From: Eledone cirrhosa
Lineage: Eukaryota
Direction: 5' to 3'
Length of the DNA: 64,000 nt
Assembly (NCBI GenBank): GCA_964016885.1
Contig: OZ024744.1
Span: 126,604,001 to 126,668,000 of the forward strand
Both the position numbers and the translations under genes were made by a program. The notes beneath the pieces are model-generated. The model was given only the letters and a program-made list of their open reading frames with translations. It searched no databases and was not told where the DNA came from. Positions 25,418 through 37,347 of the stretch are shown here, piece by piece (position 1 is the stretch's first letter; each line of letters starts with the position of its first letter).

Positions 25418-28400
25418 CTACAGATTTGATAGGAAATATATATATATTAGGTTGATATGTGGTCTAAAATATATATATTGTCTATAAATGACTGATAGCA
25501 GATGTTCTGGTGAAATAGTAGTTTTACTACTACAGATTGTAATGGAACTCTTAGTAGACACAATTGTAAAGTAAGAATAGATATAACAGTGTAAGACTGA
25601 TGTCGGGGAAATAAAATTGTGTATATATATATATAATTGTTACACAAGATATAATTAGATTAATTAAAGGTATAATGAAGACAGCAGGTACTCGGTGTCG
25701 TTGGGAATGATTCAACTCTCGTACCGGTGTCATACGTTAAAAGTCACTGTTATAATTTAATACCGTCAGACACAGTTCCAATCGTATTTAATTTATTGTA
25801 AATCAGAAAATATGACTCAGTAAAATATCAATTATAGATCAATAAGAGAACCTCTACGTAGTCTCTCTAACTGCTAGAAATAACAGCGATATTATCCATT
25901 ACAACTGCTCTGTCTGTCTCTCTCTCTCTATATATATATATATACATACATATATGTACGTATGTATGTATATATATGTGTATATATGGGTGTGTATGTG
26001 TGTTTACGCGTATGTATGGTGTGTATATGTGTACATAAGGGTTTGGTATATATACGTTTGGTGAACATATGTGTATTTACCTGTAGGTATGTGTGAGTGT
26101 GCGTTCTATACGCATTTATGCGTGTATATTTACATATGTATATATAATTATATGTATATACACACATATATATTTATATGTGTATTTAGTGCATATGTTC
26201 GTACGTGTGCGAGTATATGTGTCGCACCGGTTTACGTCCGTGTGCGTGTGTTTATGTGTACGTGCATGTATATGCATGCAAGGTGTGTGTTTTCGTATAT
26301 ACACGCGTATAAATGTGTGTATGTATATATTTAATTATTATTACTTTTATGTATGGTGTGAGTTCAAATCCCACCGAGGTTAACTTTGCCTTTCATCCTT
26401 ACAGGGTCGATAAAATACAGTACCAGTAATGTACTGCGTAATTTGCTGGCCTTGTGCCAAAAAGTAGAAACAATTATTACTTTTATGATTTTAATAACCT
26501 CTGTCATTTTCGTTCAACTAATTTATTTACATTATTCTGAACTCCGAAGCCGAGAATCATTCAGTTTCCTAAATAGTATATTAGTCTACGACTCCATTTA
26601 TACTATAAACGTGGTTTTGTCTTTACGTAGTAATTGTTGTCACTGCTCCACATAACGACGTATTATCTTCGCTTTTTTCCATTCATTGCCAGGAAACGTC
26701 TTCACGAACCAAAGTATCGTCTTCCTGTTTTCCTTCGGTTGCAAAGTTTTTCGAAATATTTACTTTTTCGGTCATGGATTGATTTTTTTTTTATTTCAGA
26801 AGATCCCGTTAAGGGGGGAAAGCAGCGATTCTTTGCTTAAACTTTAATCTGTTATTTTAATATATATATATATATATAATTGGTTTTGGATGCTTAAAGC
26901 GTCCATATGCAGTAGGCCGTTTGAGCACTCGATGCTCTCATAGAGCAGAGTATATCACAGAAAAAGAGAAAATCAGTGTTGCGATGAGTGGAATTTAGTG
27001 GACATATTACAATCGTTTCTTTGGGGACCAACTCTGGGTACAATCGATGTGATGATCGAACCTGAAAATCTCAAGGTCCTCAGATACATCTTGATTCTAT
27101 GATATATATACATATATCTGAAGGGCAGTGCCCCAGCATGGCCTCAGCCAGATAGCTGGAACACGTAAAAGAGTAAAAGAACATAATACATACGTGTATA
27201 TTCCTATATTGTATTTATCCTCATCACAATTTAAACTCCAATTTACATACTAGCATGGGTCAGACGAGTTGTCCTATTGTGTGAAAACTTAGATCAAATA
27301 ACCCTGCCTTGCTCATGCAAGAACCATTTGTGGTTGGATTGTACGGCTGGATGCCCTTCCTAACTCCAATCACATTTACAGGGTGGACTTGGTATTTATT
27401 GTTGTGTTGCTAACATTACCAACCTACAGGGTTGACTGGGTGCTTTTTGCTGCTCTTTGTCATGTCACCAATTTGAAGGGTGGTTCGGGTCCCTTCAGTC
27501 TTGCCACTAGCATGACCACTTTACAGGGTGGGCTAGAGGCCTCCTGTCATGTCTACATCACTGGGTGAACTGGGTGCTTATTTGTCATGTCACCAGCATG
27601 ACTAACTTGCAGGGAGGGTTATGTGCTCTTTTGTCATATTACCTAACAGAGAGGACTCGGTGCTCTTTTGTCATGACACTTGCATGACCACCTTACAGGG
27701 TTGCCTGAGTGCTTTTAGCCATTTAAGCAGCATTGGGGGAGAGCATGTTAAGCTTTCCATAATTGTATACATGGGTTGGTCAAGAGAGGTGAATCAGATG
27801 TGCAGTGGGGGTGGGGTTTGTGTGTATGTAGGGTGGGGATTGGAGAGGTAGGTCAGGGTGGAGTACTTAGCTGGTAAGTGGGTGGAGTGTTAAGATGTGG
27901 GGAGGAGGAAAATTAGAGCATACTTCAAACCACTAAATGTTGTGTCAACCCGTGCACATTGGAATGCAGGTCTCCTGCAGTACTGTATAACGCCAGAGAT
28001 TTCAATCCTGTGTCATCACCTTTGAGAGGTACAATGGTATCAGGTCAGTTTTTAGCTCCTCATCCCAAGCTTTCCTAGGTCTTCCTCTTCCATCAATTTC
28101 AAGCAGTCAACCTTTTATACAGCATCTCTACCTTCATACACATCACATGTCCATACCACAGCAATCTCCTCTCCTGCATACTGTATATTATCCCTCTCAT
28201 GCCCAGGTTCTCTATCAGTTTATTTACACTTTCCCCTTCATGTATATTAATATTACACATCCATCGGAGAATTCAAGCTTCATTTCTATCCAATCTTCTG
28301 AGGTCCACACTGCGATGCAGCATTGCTCTTCATATGCACACATCAATTTGATGAAACAACCTTTTGTAGCTAGCAGCAGTAGTAGCACCCTAAACCTTTG

Positions 28401-28890
28401 CCATTTTGTTCTTACTCTGGTTTCTGTACTTTCAGAACACCTACCTCCACTGCTAATTTGGTCACCCAGGTAACAGAAACTGTCAACTGTTTCTATGGAA
28501 CCCTTTAAATATTTGATAGAGCTTGTCTCCTAAAAGCGATTGCTTCTTGCTGCTCCAGTGCAATGACCCCATGTAAAACCTACGTTCTTAGATAACTTAC
28601 CTTGTATCTCACTAAATCTCTTGTGGACCCATAGTCTCTTTAGAGTAAATAATGTTTCATACACATAACATGCATGTTTGACCAATGGTTTCCGAGTCCA
28701 CTTATGGCCACCACTGTTTAATGGGGGGAGGCACTTCCAAACAGACCCTTCGTTAAGCATGCTGACAAATATATTAAAAGGAAGTTCTTTCCTCCAACAA
28801 TTTTCACCCCAAACAGACGAGAGTTTCATATTGTCAAAAAGGGAGGTAAATCTTTAGTGGTGGAATTGTCAGTCTTAATTATATATGTGA

Positions 28891-29722
28891 CTAGCAGAGG
28901 TACCTGGCGTATCTCGGGCATTAAATAGCTGTCATGTATAGCAATCATGTCAATACTTCAGTGCTGCTTCGAAAACTATACTTGTACACAAACGTCTTTT
29001 TCCAAAAGGGGGTTCCAGCCCCCCAGGAGTCCCCTACTCAATATGTCGCAATTCATCTGGAGAACGCACGTAGCCCATGTGTCAAGTTTGGTAAAAATCG
29101 GTTGCGAACTACAGAAGTTATGACGTTTTGTTGCAATGCACTGCAGTGCTTCAGTCGACACCAAGGAAGTGGTTAAAGGGGGTTATCTGCCCCTGGGGAG
29201 CCCTATAATCAATATCTGGAAAATGAAAGTGCCCATGACCATCCGAAATACATAAGTAACATGTCTTAAATACAACACTGCTTGTAGTTTTCTAACACTC
29301 TTGCAGTAGCTTTACATTCAGCATCTTGCGACCGTCTAATTGCTGCCTCCACTGATGATTCCTTTGCTTTCCTTCTTTTCCCTCTCTCAGCTTTCGCTGT
29401 TTTTCGACCAATGGTGGATCTCTTCCTTGGAGGCCTTATCTAAGGAAAGAGGACGTAACACACTAAGATGAGTAAAATGTTAACCAACAATTATTTAAGT
29501 TTTGCACATGTGACGTGATTGTCACGGTGATCCAGTACAGCCTTCGTCCACCTAGGGGCCAGATTAGACAAAAAATGGAAAATGTTATGAGTCCGCAACA
29601 CTTCTGGGAACATAACCCTTTTTTGTTCCAAATTTGAAGAGAATCGGTTGCAAACTGTAGAAGTAACGTAGGTACGGACATACACACACACATCCTCAGT
29701 TTTATATGTATATATATAGAGA
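28891..29722 (-). mobile_element. Non-autonomous Helitron-like element
   Basis: Minus strand begins A|TC(TC)TATATA and ends with a GC-rich imperfect hairpin then CTAG|T; no TSD; starts where the segmental duplication homology ends. Confidence 0.5.
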
Positions 29723-29971
29723 TGCATGTTTGTGTGTGTGTATGTGGACATTGTAACTTCCCCAGACACACAACACAACACACACAGTCACAGTACGTCT
29801 TGTGTGAAAGAGAGAGAGAAAGAGACGTAATGTTGAAGAAGGGGGAGAGTTAAACAGTGTGTAAATAATAAATAAAAGTTAAAGTTATCGAACGCTATCA
29901 TTTTCTCCCCTCCCCAACACTCTCTTTCTCTCTCAACCCCTCTCTCCCTTTCTCTACAGAATGGGGAACAA

Positions 29972-30420
29972 TCAACAACGCACATTGGCGTCTACTTTGG
30001 TTGAAATTTCTATATGTATATTTCTAGTAAGTTGTTGCCTCGTTTTGGAGGACTGAGTTGTGGGAGGTGGAAGGGGGTGAGCAAATGGGGTCACACGTGC
30101 TGGCATCCCCACAGACTCGGCAGACAGAATGGAGAAGGCATTTCCTTGGAGGATGGTAAGGGAGATGCGCTGGAAGAGCCATTCCAACTCGTGAGGCTCA
30201 CACCCCTGGCTGGCCAGCCCAGCGCCTGTGGTGGTGAGTAGGGGGGTAGCCCTAGGGCCAAGGACACCAGAAGTCTCCACTGCCAAGTGTACGACCGCAA
30301 ACCGGTACTTGGAGAGTTTGGACTCCTCAGCCCAACTATACTATTATATCATCTCTACATCCCCACCATCTCCTTAGGCTCCAGCGACACCCTGGATCTA
30401 CCCAATGCCCTCCGGATGGT
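29972..30420 (-). mobile_element. CRE-like non-LTR retrotransposon 3' fragment (RLE C-terminus)
   Basis: [10 protein letters not shown]...WLFQRISLTILQGNA, homologous to 46030-46212. Confidence 0.65.
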
Positions 30421-30611
30421 GGTAGCGCCCACATTCAGAACCCCTCTTCTACTACATTTATTGTATGTATTGAGTGCTCATTTAGTAGATTTCAGACTGT
30501 CTCCATGTATACACATACACAAACGTATACATTAATTCATACATATGTATGCACACGCACACAAAAATATAAACATACTCTCACACACACACATATATAT
30601 ATGTATGTATA

Positions 30612-30643
<32 letters not shown>

Positions 30644-30828
30644 CGTGTATATATATATACGTGTATATATATACACATATATATATATACATATATACGT
30701 GTATATCTATACATACATATATACATATACGTGTATATATATATATATATATATATATACATACACACACACTCATATATATATATATACATATATATTA
30801 TTATACATATGTATAAATATATATACAA

Positions 30829-30875
<47 letters not shown>

Positions 30876-31059
30876 TATTTGGGGAGGGTCATATTTGCGT
30901 AATATTGCCAGAATTAATAACAGAACACACTCACTGTTTGGTTGGTTTTCGCTTCTCGCTGTCTTTTATATATATATATCTGCGATCTAACTTACTCGGT
31001 CCTCAATGTTGCCATTGACTGACCGGCGGTCAAAAATAATACAGATACAATATAGACAC

Positions 31060-31135
31060 AAACACATATATATAGTTTACATAATTTACATAAATCTTTC
31101 GTTGCACATCTGCAACATCGTCAGTGGTGTTATAT
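31060..31135 (-). ncRNA. Candidate type I hammerhead ribozyme in the downstream pLTR
   Basis: CUGACGA-U-GUUGCA(GAUG)UGCAAC-GAAA, stem III AG(A)UUUAUGUA/UAUGUAAACU and a CUA site; stem I is poor. Confidence 0.6.
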
Positions 31136-31402
31136 TCATTGTTCCTCCTGTTGTGTTGTATGTCTACGCCATTTTTTTTTTTTTTTTTTGTTCAGTCTGT
31201 CTATATATTTATTTATTTATTTGCTTGTTTGTTTTTCTTATTTTATTTTGTCTTCTTTGCGCATGCGTTTGCGTGTGTGTATAGTGTTATGTGTGATGTG
31301 TGACTAGTGTGTATAGTGTTGTGTCTGCTGGGTGACTAGTGTGTGTTTATGTGCTTGTGTATGTATTTATTTATCTTATTTTATTTAATTTTATTTACTT
31401 AT

Positions 31403-34400
31403 TTATACTTCTCTTAGGTTAGTGTTGTTTGTTTGGGTGTTGTTGTTGTTCCACTCATTCTTTCTGTTTAGCTTTGGTCTTCTAATTTCTATTTCACTGG
31501 CCTCTCTGATTTGCCTATCTGCTGGGTCATTCCTATGTTTAGATATTTTTCTAATTTCTATGTTGTCTATGTTACCGTCATGTTGTTGTCTAGCATGTTC
31601 GTATAGTACTGACCCGTTTTTTCGTCCTTTTAGTTCCCCCCAGTGTTGATCTATCCTTTCACCTATGCTACGAGCTGTCTCACCTATGTATGTTGTTGTC
31701 ATGTTTCTGCAAGTACCCTCTGTACATCTTATGCTATAGACTACGTTTCTAGTTTTACAGTTTATCCGGGGGTTCACCTTACATATGATACATTTCCTAT
31801 TGGTACAGTGGGTTTTCTTAAAAGGGTAGGTTTTGCTGATCAGGGATTTTATGGTGGTTCCTGGCTTTTCTACCACCTTTATTTTTAAGTGGGTCTTTCT
31901 CAGGGCCTTTCTACACTGGTTAGCTAATTTCCCTCCAGGGGTGGCGTCCACAAACATGACACTCTGATATCTCTGGTTGTCGTACCATGATGTGGCCTTC
32001 CCTATCTTATGTCTAGCCCTATCTAAGCTATTCCATGATTTGCTCCTGTATAGTGGGCAAATTCCTTTCATGTCCAGTTCTATGAGGGTCTTATACTTTT
32101 CCATGGCTCCTTCGTATACTCTGACTCTGTCTCTTTGGTTGTAGCCAGAGAACTGCATGCGGTTGATGAAGTGTTGGATGTGTCCTTCCATTTCTGTTGG
32201 GTCGCACATGCTGGACACATTCTTCATCACTCGTACCAAATCTGCGATCAGAATATTAAACTTAGCACTACTGGACATTGCTGAGTTTTTGAGTATCAGG
32301 TATTTGGAGGCCATGGGTTTAGCATAGTGTGAGTGGAGAATTTGGGCTCTCTCGTCTATAGTGTTAATCCAGAGTTCTGTGTCTAATACAGGTAGTCTAT
32401 TGTTAGGGTGTTTGGAAGGGAAGTCTATAGTTACAGTTATACTCTGGTGTATGGAATTAGCTATCTGCTGGATGCTTTCCATCGTGCTACGTTCTAAATC
32501 AAACTTGTTAGTGCTCTCTAGTGGGGGTGTTCTTATAACTATATTGATATCGTCTACATAACGAGAGTACATGATGAGGTCTATGGAGCTTTCATTAAGG
32601 AGATCTTTAAGTCTCCTTTCCCACCATACCATGAAAAGGTTGGCAACATCACCAGCTATGCTGACGCCGATGGCTGCTCCCTCATTTTGGGTGTAGATTT
32701 TCTCATTGAACTTAAATATGTGGCCCTTTAGGGTAGTTTTGATACTAGCCCCTATTGCATGTGCGACCATTTTTCTTACCTGATCAGTGTTTTGGGGGGT
32801 CCGTATAGCTTTGGTCCACCCAATCCACCTTCCTATGGGAGTCTTTTTAGCCATTGAGGTTATGGTGGGGGGTCTACCTCTTATAGGTCTACTAGGGCAG
32901 AAACATCTAAGGTCATGGCTGTCTAGGTAGTCAGTGTCGTAGGTAAGTCTAAGTAGGAGGCCCAGTTCGTCTGTGTCGACGTCGCAGAACTCCACCTCAT
33001 TCTCAATGATCATCTCCACACATCTTTTCGCAGCAAAATCAATGTTAATGGATGGGTACAGTGACACCACATCCATGCTGCCTATTATGCAGTTGGATAG
33101 GCTCCTGTTTTTGTTGCACTCACTGATTCTGCTGAGGAGGTCCTCTGTACTTTCACATACATCTGGGGACATCTTGATTATGGGGCGTATAACCATTGAG
33201 AGGAAGTAGGAGATCCTGTAGTTGCTAGCTATATTAGCTCCGCATACGGGTCTTGTTGGTGGTCCTGTTGTCGGGTCGTCGACTGTCTTGTGGTCTTTGC
33301 GGAGCCCATACAAGGGTGGTATGCCATTGTTAGACGCCTGGAAGTTGTTGGCAGTGCGTCTGCTTGGCTTTAGGATGTCAGTCCACATCATCATGTGAGC
33401 GTTGGGGATTTTTTCTCTCCCATCGTGTGTTAGTTGTGCAACTTCGCTCGTGTTGGTGATGTGGGGTTGCATTGCCTCGATGTAGTTCGGCATGCTATCT
33501 ATTGACATCCTACCAGACTTATCTGTGGGTAGACACACTACCTCACCATCCCTTGTGCGCTGCTTGAGGCTAACCAAGCCTTCTACAGGTTTTATCCCAA
33601 GTTGTTGGGCCTCTGGTCTGCTCTGTCTCATAGTGTACCTGTCTACTACTTGTCTAATCTTATTTCTAGCTATGGTGAACTGAGCCTCCGTCTCGTCATC
33701 TATTTGCTGTGGTATGCAAACTCTTTTATTAAAGGGTAACCTCGTAGGATAGATATTACCCATCTTATATGTTTTGTCAGCTGGGTTGAAAAATAGTTTC
33801 TCTAAGGGGTTGTCGTTATTTCTATCGTCATAGTTGTGTGTGTTGCTATTATTGTTATCATGGTGGTTGTTGTTGTTTCTATCATTAGCATTAATATTAT
33901 TATTGTTATGATTGCTAGATGTATTGTTGTTTACTTCACCGTTATTGTTGTTGTTGTTACTGCTATTTCTACCATTGTGGTTGTTACTATTATTATGTTT
34001 CTTGTTTTTGTTGATGTTGCTACATGTACTATTTCCATTATTACCACTGTGGTTATTGTTGTTGTTGTTGTTCGTATTGTTACCGTTATTACTACTGTGG
34101 TCACTGTTGCTGTGTCTGTGGTTAACGTTTCTATTATTATTATTATTGTGGTTGTTGTTGTTCTGTCTATCGCTAGTATTATTGCCATTATCACTATTTC
34201 TCACTTTCCTGCCATTGTTATGGTTATGGCTGTTATTTCTATACCCAGAGTTATTGTTTATATTACTACTACCGTTATTATTGTTGTTGTTGTTTACCTT
34301 TGCATTCCAACGTATTTTTGTGAAACACTTTTCCAGCTCCGTTTTGCATTCCATAGGGTTAATCTTTTTGTAGATGGTAAATTTTGGTGGTAACTTTAGG

Positions 34401-34822
34401 ATTTGTTGTTCTTGTTCACTGATTAAAGTGTTCCCATAGATATTTACTGTGTGGTCATTGGTAAATTCTTCCGGTAGTTTTACATCACTCATACGGATGT
34501 TGTCGATGTTATCTGGGTATTTTTGAGAATATTCGATTTTCCTTTCTTGTAGTTTTTTCTTATTCATCCATTCTAATTTCTTCTTGAAATGCCTACAGCA
34601 TTCGTGTTGAGCATATTTCGTTTCGCGTCGGATGACGCTCATGAAGTCATCTCTCTCGTTTGCTGTGATGAGATTTCGGATTTCCTTACCGTTGATGCGT
34701 TTTTGTCTGTAGAGTGCGTTGACTTTTGTGTATGTTGTTCTTTTCATATTAACTGTTATTGTGTGTTTTAGCCGTTCAGCTTGTGTTTTGTTCAATAATA
34801 AATTATTTACTTGTTTTGATAT
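31403..34822 (-). CDS. PLE polyprotein, main part: Asn-rich insert, reverse transcriptase, Cys linker, GIY-YIG endonuclease
   Basis: GLRKDHK, SMDVVSLYPSI, GAAIG, RYVDD, LPVLD; CxxxxCxxC linker (CTNRKCIIC..C); VVYSIRC...YIGETARSIGERIDQH...E...PKLN. Confidence 0.93.
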   Translation of the reverse strand: MSKQVNNLLLNKTQAERLKHTITVNMKRTTYTKVNALYRQKRINGKEIRNLITANERDDFMSVIRRETKYAQHECCRHFKKKLEWMNKKKLQERKIEYSQKYPDNIDNIRMSDVKLPEEFTNDHTVNIYGNTLISEQEQQILKLPPKFTIYKKINPMECKTELEKCFTKIRWNAKVNNNNNNNGSSNINNNSGYRNNSHNHNNGRKVRNSDNGNNTSDRQNNNNHNNNNNRNVNHRHSNSDHSSNNGNNTNNNNNNNHSGNNGNSTCSNINKNKKHNNSNNHNGRNSSNNNNNNGEVNNNTSSNHNNNNINANDRNNNNHHDNNNSNTHNYDDRNNDNPLEKLFFNPADKTYKMGNIYPTRLPFNKRVCIPQQIDDETEAQFTIARNKIRQVVDRYTMRQSRPEAQQLGIKPVEGLVSLKQRTRDGEVVCLPTDKSGRMSIDSMPNYIEAMQPHITNTSEVAQLTHDGREKIPNAHMMMWTDILKPSRRTANNFQASNNGIPPLYGLRKDHKTVDDPTTGPPTRPVCGANIASNYRISYFLSMVIRPIIKMSPDVCESTEDLLSRISECNKNRSLSNCIIGSMDVVSLYPSINIDFAAKRCVEMIIENEVEFCDVDTDELGLLLRLTYDTDYLDSHDLRCFCPSRPIRGRPPTITSMAKKTPIGRWIGWTKAIRTPQNTDQVRKMVAHAIGASIKTTLKGHIFKFNEKIYTQNEGAAIGVSIAGDVANLFMVWWERRLKDLLNESSIDLIMYSRYVDDINIVIRTPPLESTNKFDLERSTMESIQQIANSIHQSITVTIDFPSKHPNNRLPVLDTELWINTIDERAQILHSHYAKPMASKYLILKNSAMSSSAKFNILIADLVRVMKNVSSMCDPTEMEGHIQHFINRMQFSGYNQRDRVRVYEGAMEKYKTLIELDMKGICPLYRSKSWNSLDRARHKIGKATSWYDNQRYQSVMFVDATPGGKLANQCRKALRKTHLKIKVVEKPGTTIKSLISKTYPFKKTHCTNRKCIICKVNPRINCKTRNVVYSIRCTEGTCRNMTTTYIGETARSIGERIDQHWGELKGRKNGSVLYEHARQQHDGNIDNIEIRKISKHRNDPADRQIREASEIEIRRPKLNRKNEWNNNNTQTNNTNLREV

Positions 34823-36963
34823 TGTAGCGGTTGTCTCCCTTGTTTTGATTAGGATCTAGACGGGAAGTGGAACCCTTTCTGCAACTTCCGGTCAGAGCCC
34901 TATAAAACTAACAACTTTAAGCTTCCTTTCTCTCTTTGCCTTTTCGGCACCAGGTCAAGAGCCTCTCATTGGACTCCGCCATTAATTTGGCCAACAGGCG
35001 CCTGGCCTTAGCCAGGCGTGCTCTGCCAGCCGCGTTTGCCTGGCAATCAAAACGGTAACTACTAACTTTGCTTCATTCTAACAACATCCTCATCTTTGAC
35101 ATGTCAAGTATACTATCTACCATTGTTAATTAAATATTATACACACAAACCATGTCTCGTTTTGTTACATTCATACAACCTCAGTAATCTCGCTATATTG
35201 GTAACCCTGACGTGATACGAACACGCAGCCGTTCATCGCTATAAGTGGTCACCCCCCCCCCCCCCCCAGAAAAAAGAAAAAAATAGCACATCTGGTTTTG
35301 TGAGTAACATTACGAATACACAGCAAATTTAGCGACAAACTATGAAAATACTCAAGGACACGCACACACGCACATGTGGAATTCGCACAGACAGACTTTT
35401 TCTCTCACGCATCAATTAACTGTCGCATTTCACCAATATATATATATATGTTTCTCGTTTCTTACAACGAACACTTTCAAAAAAAAAAAAAAAAAACATT
35501 TCACGATATATATATATGTTTCTCGTTTCTTACAACGAACTCTTTCAAAACACAAAAAAAAAAGAAATTTGATATTCTTTAAAAAAACATTTCAACAGGA
35601 ACATTTATTTTCGATGAACCATTGCCTTTTTATTCATCGTTTTCTTCATCGTTCAAGTTTTTTTGTTTTTTTTCCCAAAGTTCACACCAATAATTATGCT
35701 GAGTGAAGCCTTTCTTTTTCATCATTGTCACTTTCAAAATTGCACTATCATTTTCTCGCGCGTTAGAAATATTATTTTTTTCAACCTTGTATTGGCACGT
35801 GTAGGCAGCACAAATTCTCGATTCACAGAGATGTCTCTACTCACAGACAGCCGCACGCCAGAGATAACATTTCTCACCAGGGATTCTTCAGCCTTAAGCT
35901 ATATTCTTCTATTTGCCGGTTTATAAATTTACAATGTAAATTTACCGTTGATAACCGCGCATTTATTAAGAATGCTTATTTCTCTGGTCGCTGGCCTCTT
36001 GACCCTTCCAGGTCAACGCATTCTCAACATCGACCATCAACTTCGGCTGCTATTTCTAGCACTTTGCGCAACTCATTTTTTCTAAAAAAAATTTTTTTAC
36101 TGTGAATTTAAACACCGAATACGCTCACTCAGCGAGACAACAGCAGCAGCAACAGCAATATAACAGCAACAGCAATACATCAATACAGCTACACCAAAGC
36201 CAGAGAATTCATTTTTGCAGCACTCTTCCTGTGAGAAAATCCATTCGGAGGTTGGAAATTTCATGATATACCACAGAACAGAAACCACCTGCATTCATTC
36301 TCTGGAACACACTTTCTTTCCTGCTGTCATGTGATTGCACACCTGTGAACTATATTTTGAACTTTGAGCTCTTCTATTACTTTTACTTTATTACATTGTA
36401 TCTTTGGGTGATGGATAGATGGATGTCCAGTCGTTCTCTGGCCAAGAGCGGTTGGCTACCTTGATATCTATCATTGATTTTTCCAAACATTCTTTTGTCG
36501 TAATTTTCATGCCTGTTACAACATTCTCGCCAACTTGCTACATATTTTCATTTCGATTTTTATACACTAAAATTCTGGCGGGAGGTTATGTAGCGGTTGT
36601 CTCCCTTGTTTTGATTAGGATCTAGACGGGAAGTGGAACCCTTTCTGCAACTTCCGGTCAGAGCCCTATAAAACTAACAACTTTAAGCTTCCTTTCTCTC
36701 TTTGCCTTTTCGGCACCAGGTCAAGAGCCTCTCATTGGACTCCGCCATTAATTTGGCCAACAGGCGCCTGGCCTTAGCCAGGCGTGCTCTGCCAGCCGCG
36801 TTTGCCTGGCAATCAAAACGGTAACTACTAACTTTGCTTCATTCTAACAACATCCTCATCTTTGACATGTCAAGTATACTATCTACCATTGTTAATTAAA
36901 TATTATACACACAAACCATGTCTCGTTTTGTTACATTCATACAACCTCAGTAATCTCGCTATA
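34823..36963 (+). mobile_element. Non-autonomous LTR retroelement (TRIM/LARD-like, probably Ty3/Gypsy-dependent), 2141 bp
   Basis: LTRs 34823-35197 and 36589-36963 (375 bp, TGTAGCG...CGCTATA, TATAAAA at 34901). TSD ATAT. PBS at 35199. Purine-rich ggcgggagg before the 3' LTR. No gag/pol ORF. Confidence 0.92.
35199..35230 (+). promoter_or_regulatory. tRNA-Trp primer-binding site, extended
   Basis: tggtaaccctgacgtgat matches the canonical Trp PBS TGGTGACCCCGACGTGAT at 16/18 and continues acgaacacgcagcc. Confidence 0.8.
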
Positions 36964-36967
36964 ATAT

Positions 36968-37180
36968 GTTTGTTGTGTATGTTTTGGAGGAAACACAGTG
37001 TTTTAAGAAGCGGATTTGTTCTGTTGTTATTGTAGTTTTTATATAACAGAAAACAGTGTCTTTCAATAACCTTTCAGCTTGGCACAAGCTAATGCCATAG
37101 CGGCGATGAATTAGTTTTGCGAGGTTTTTTATATGAAATCGTGTGTTGAAACAGATATTGTTATATTTGGGGAGGGTCAT
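36968..37180 (-). CDS. N-terminal segment of the PLE ORF, cut off by the LTR insertion
   Basis: MTLPKYNN..RRYG..IRFLKHC..TTN joins in frame to ISKQVNNLLLNKTQAER once the element and one TSD are removed. Confidence 0.88.
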
Positions 37181-37347
37181 ATTTGCGTAATATTGCCAGA
37201 ATTAATAACAGAACACACTCACTGTTTGGTTGGTTTTCGCTTCTCGCTGTCTTTTATATATATATATCTGCGATCTAACTTACTCGGTCCTCAATGTTGC
37301 CATTGACTGACCGGCGGTCAAAAATAATACAGATACAATATAGACAC

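Noticed and set aside
33836-34393. Hydrophobic Leu/Val/Ile-rich + strand ORFs
   Set aside because: They are antisense shadows of the poly-Asn codons of the PLE ORF.
37089-37283. 195-nt PLE intron (GA|GTAAGT ... CTAAT ... TAG|) giving an in-frame MATLRTD-LCQAER start
   Set aside because: It would remove MTLPKYNN..RRYG, which the 9702 remnant shows to be conserved at the protein level. A shorter UTR intron from the same donor is not excluded.
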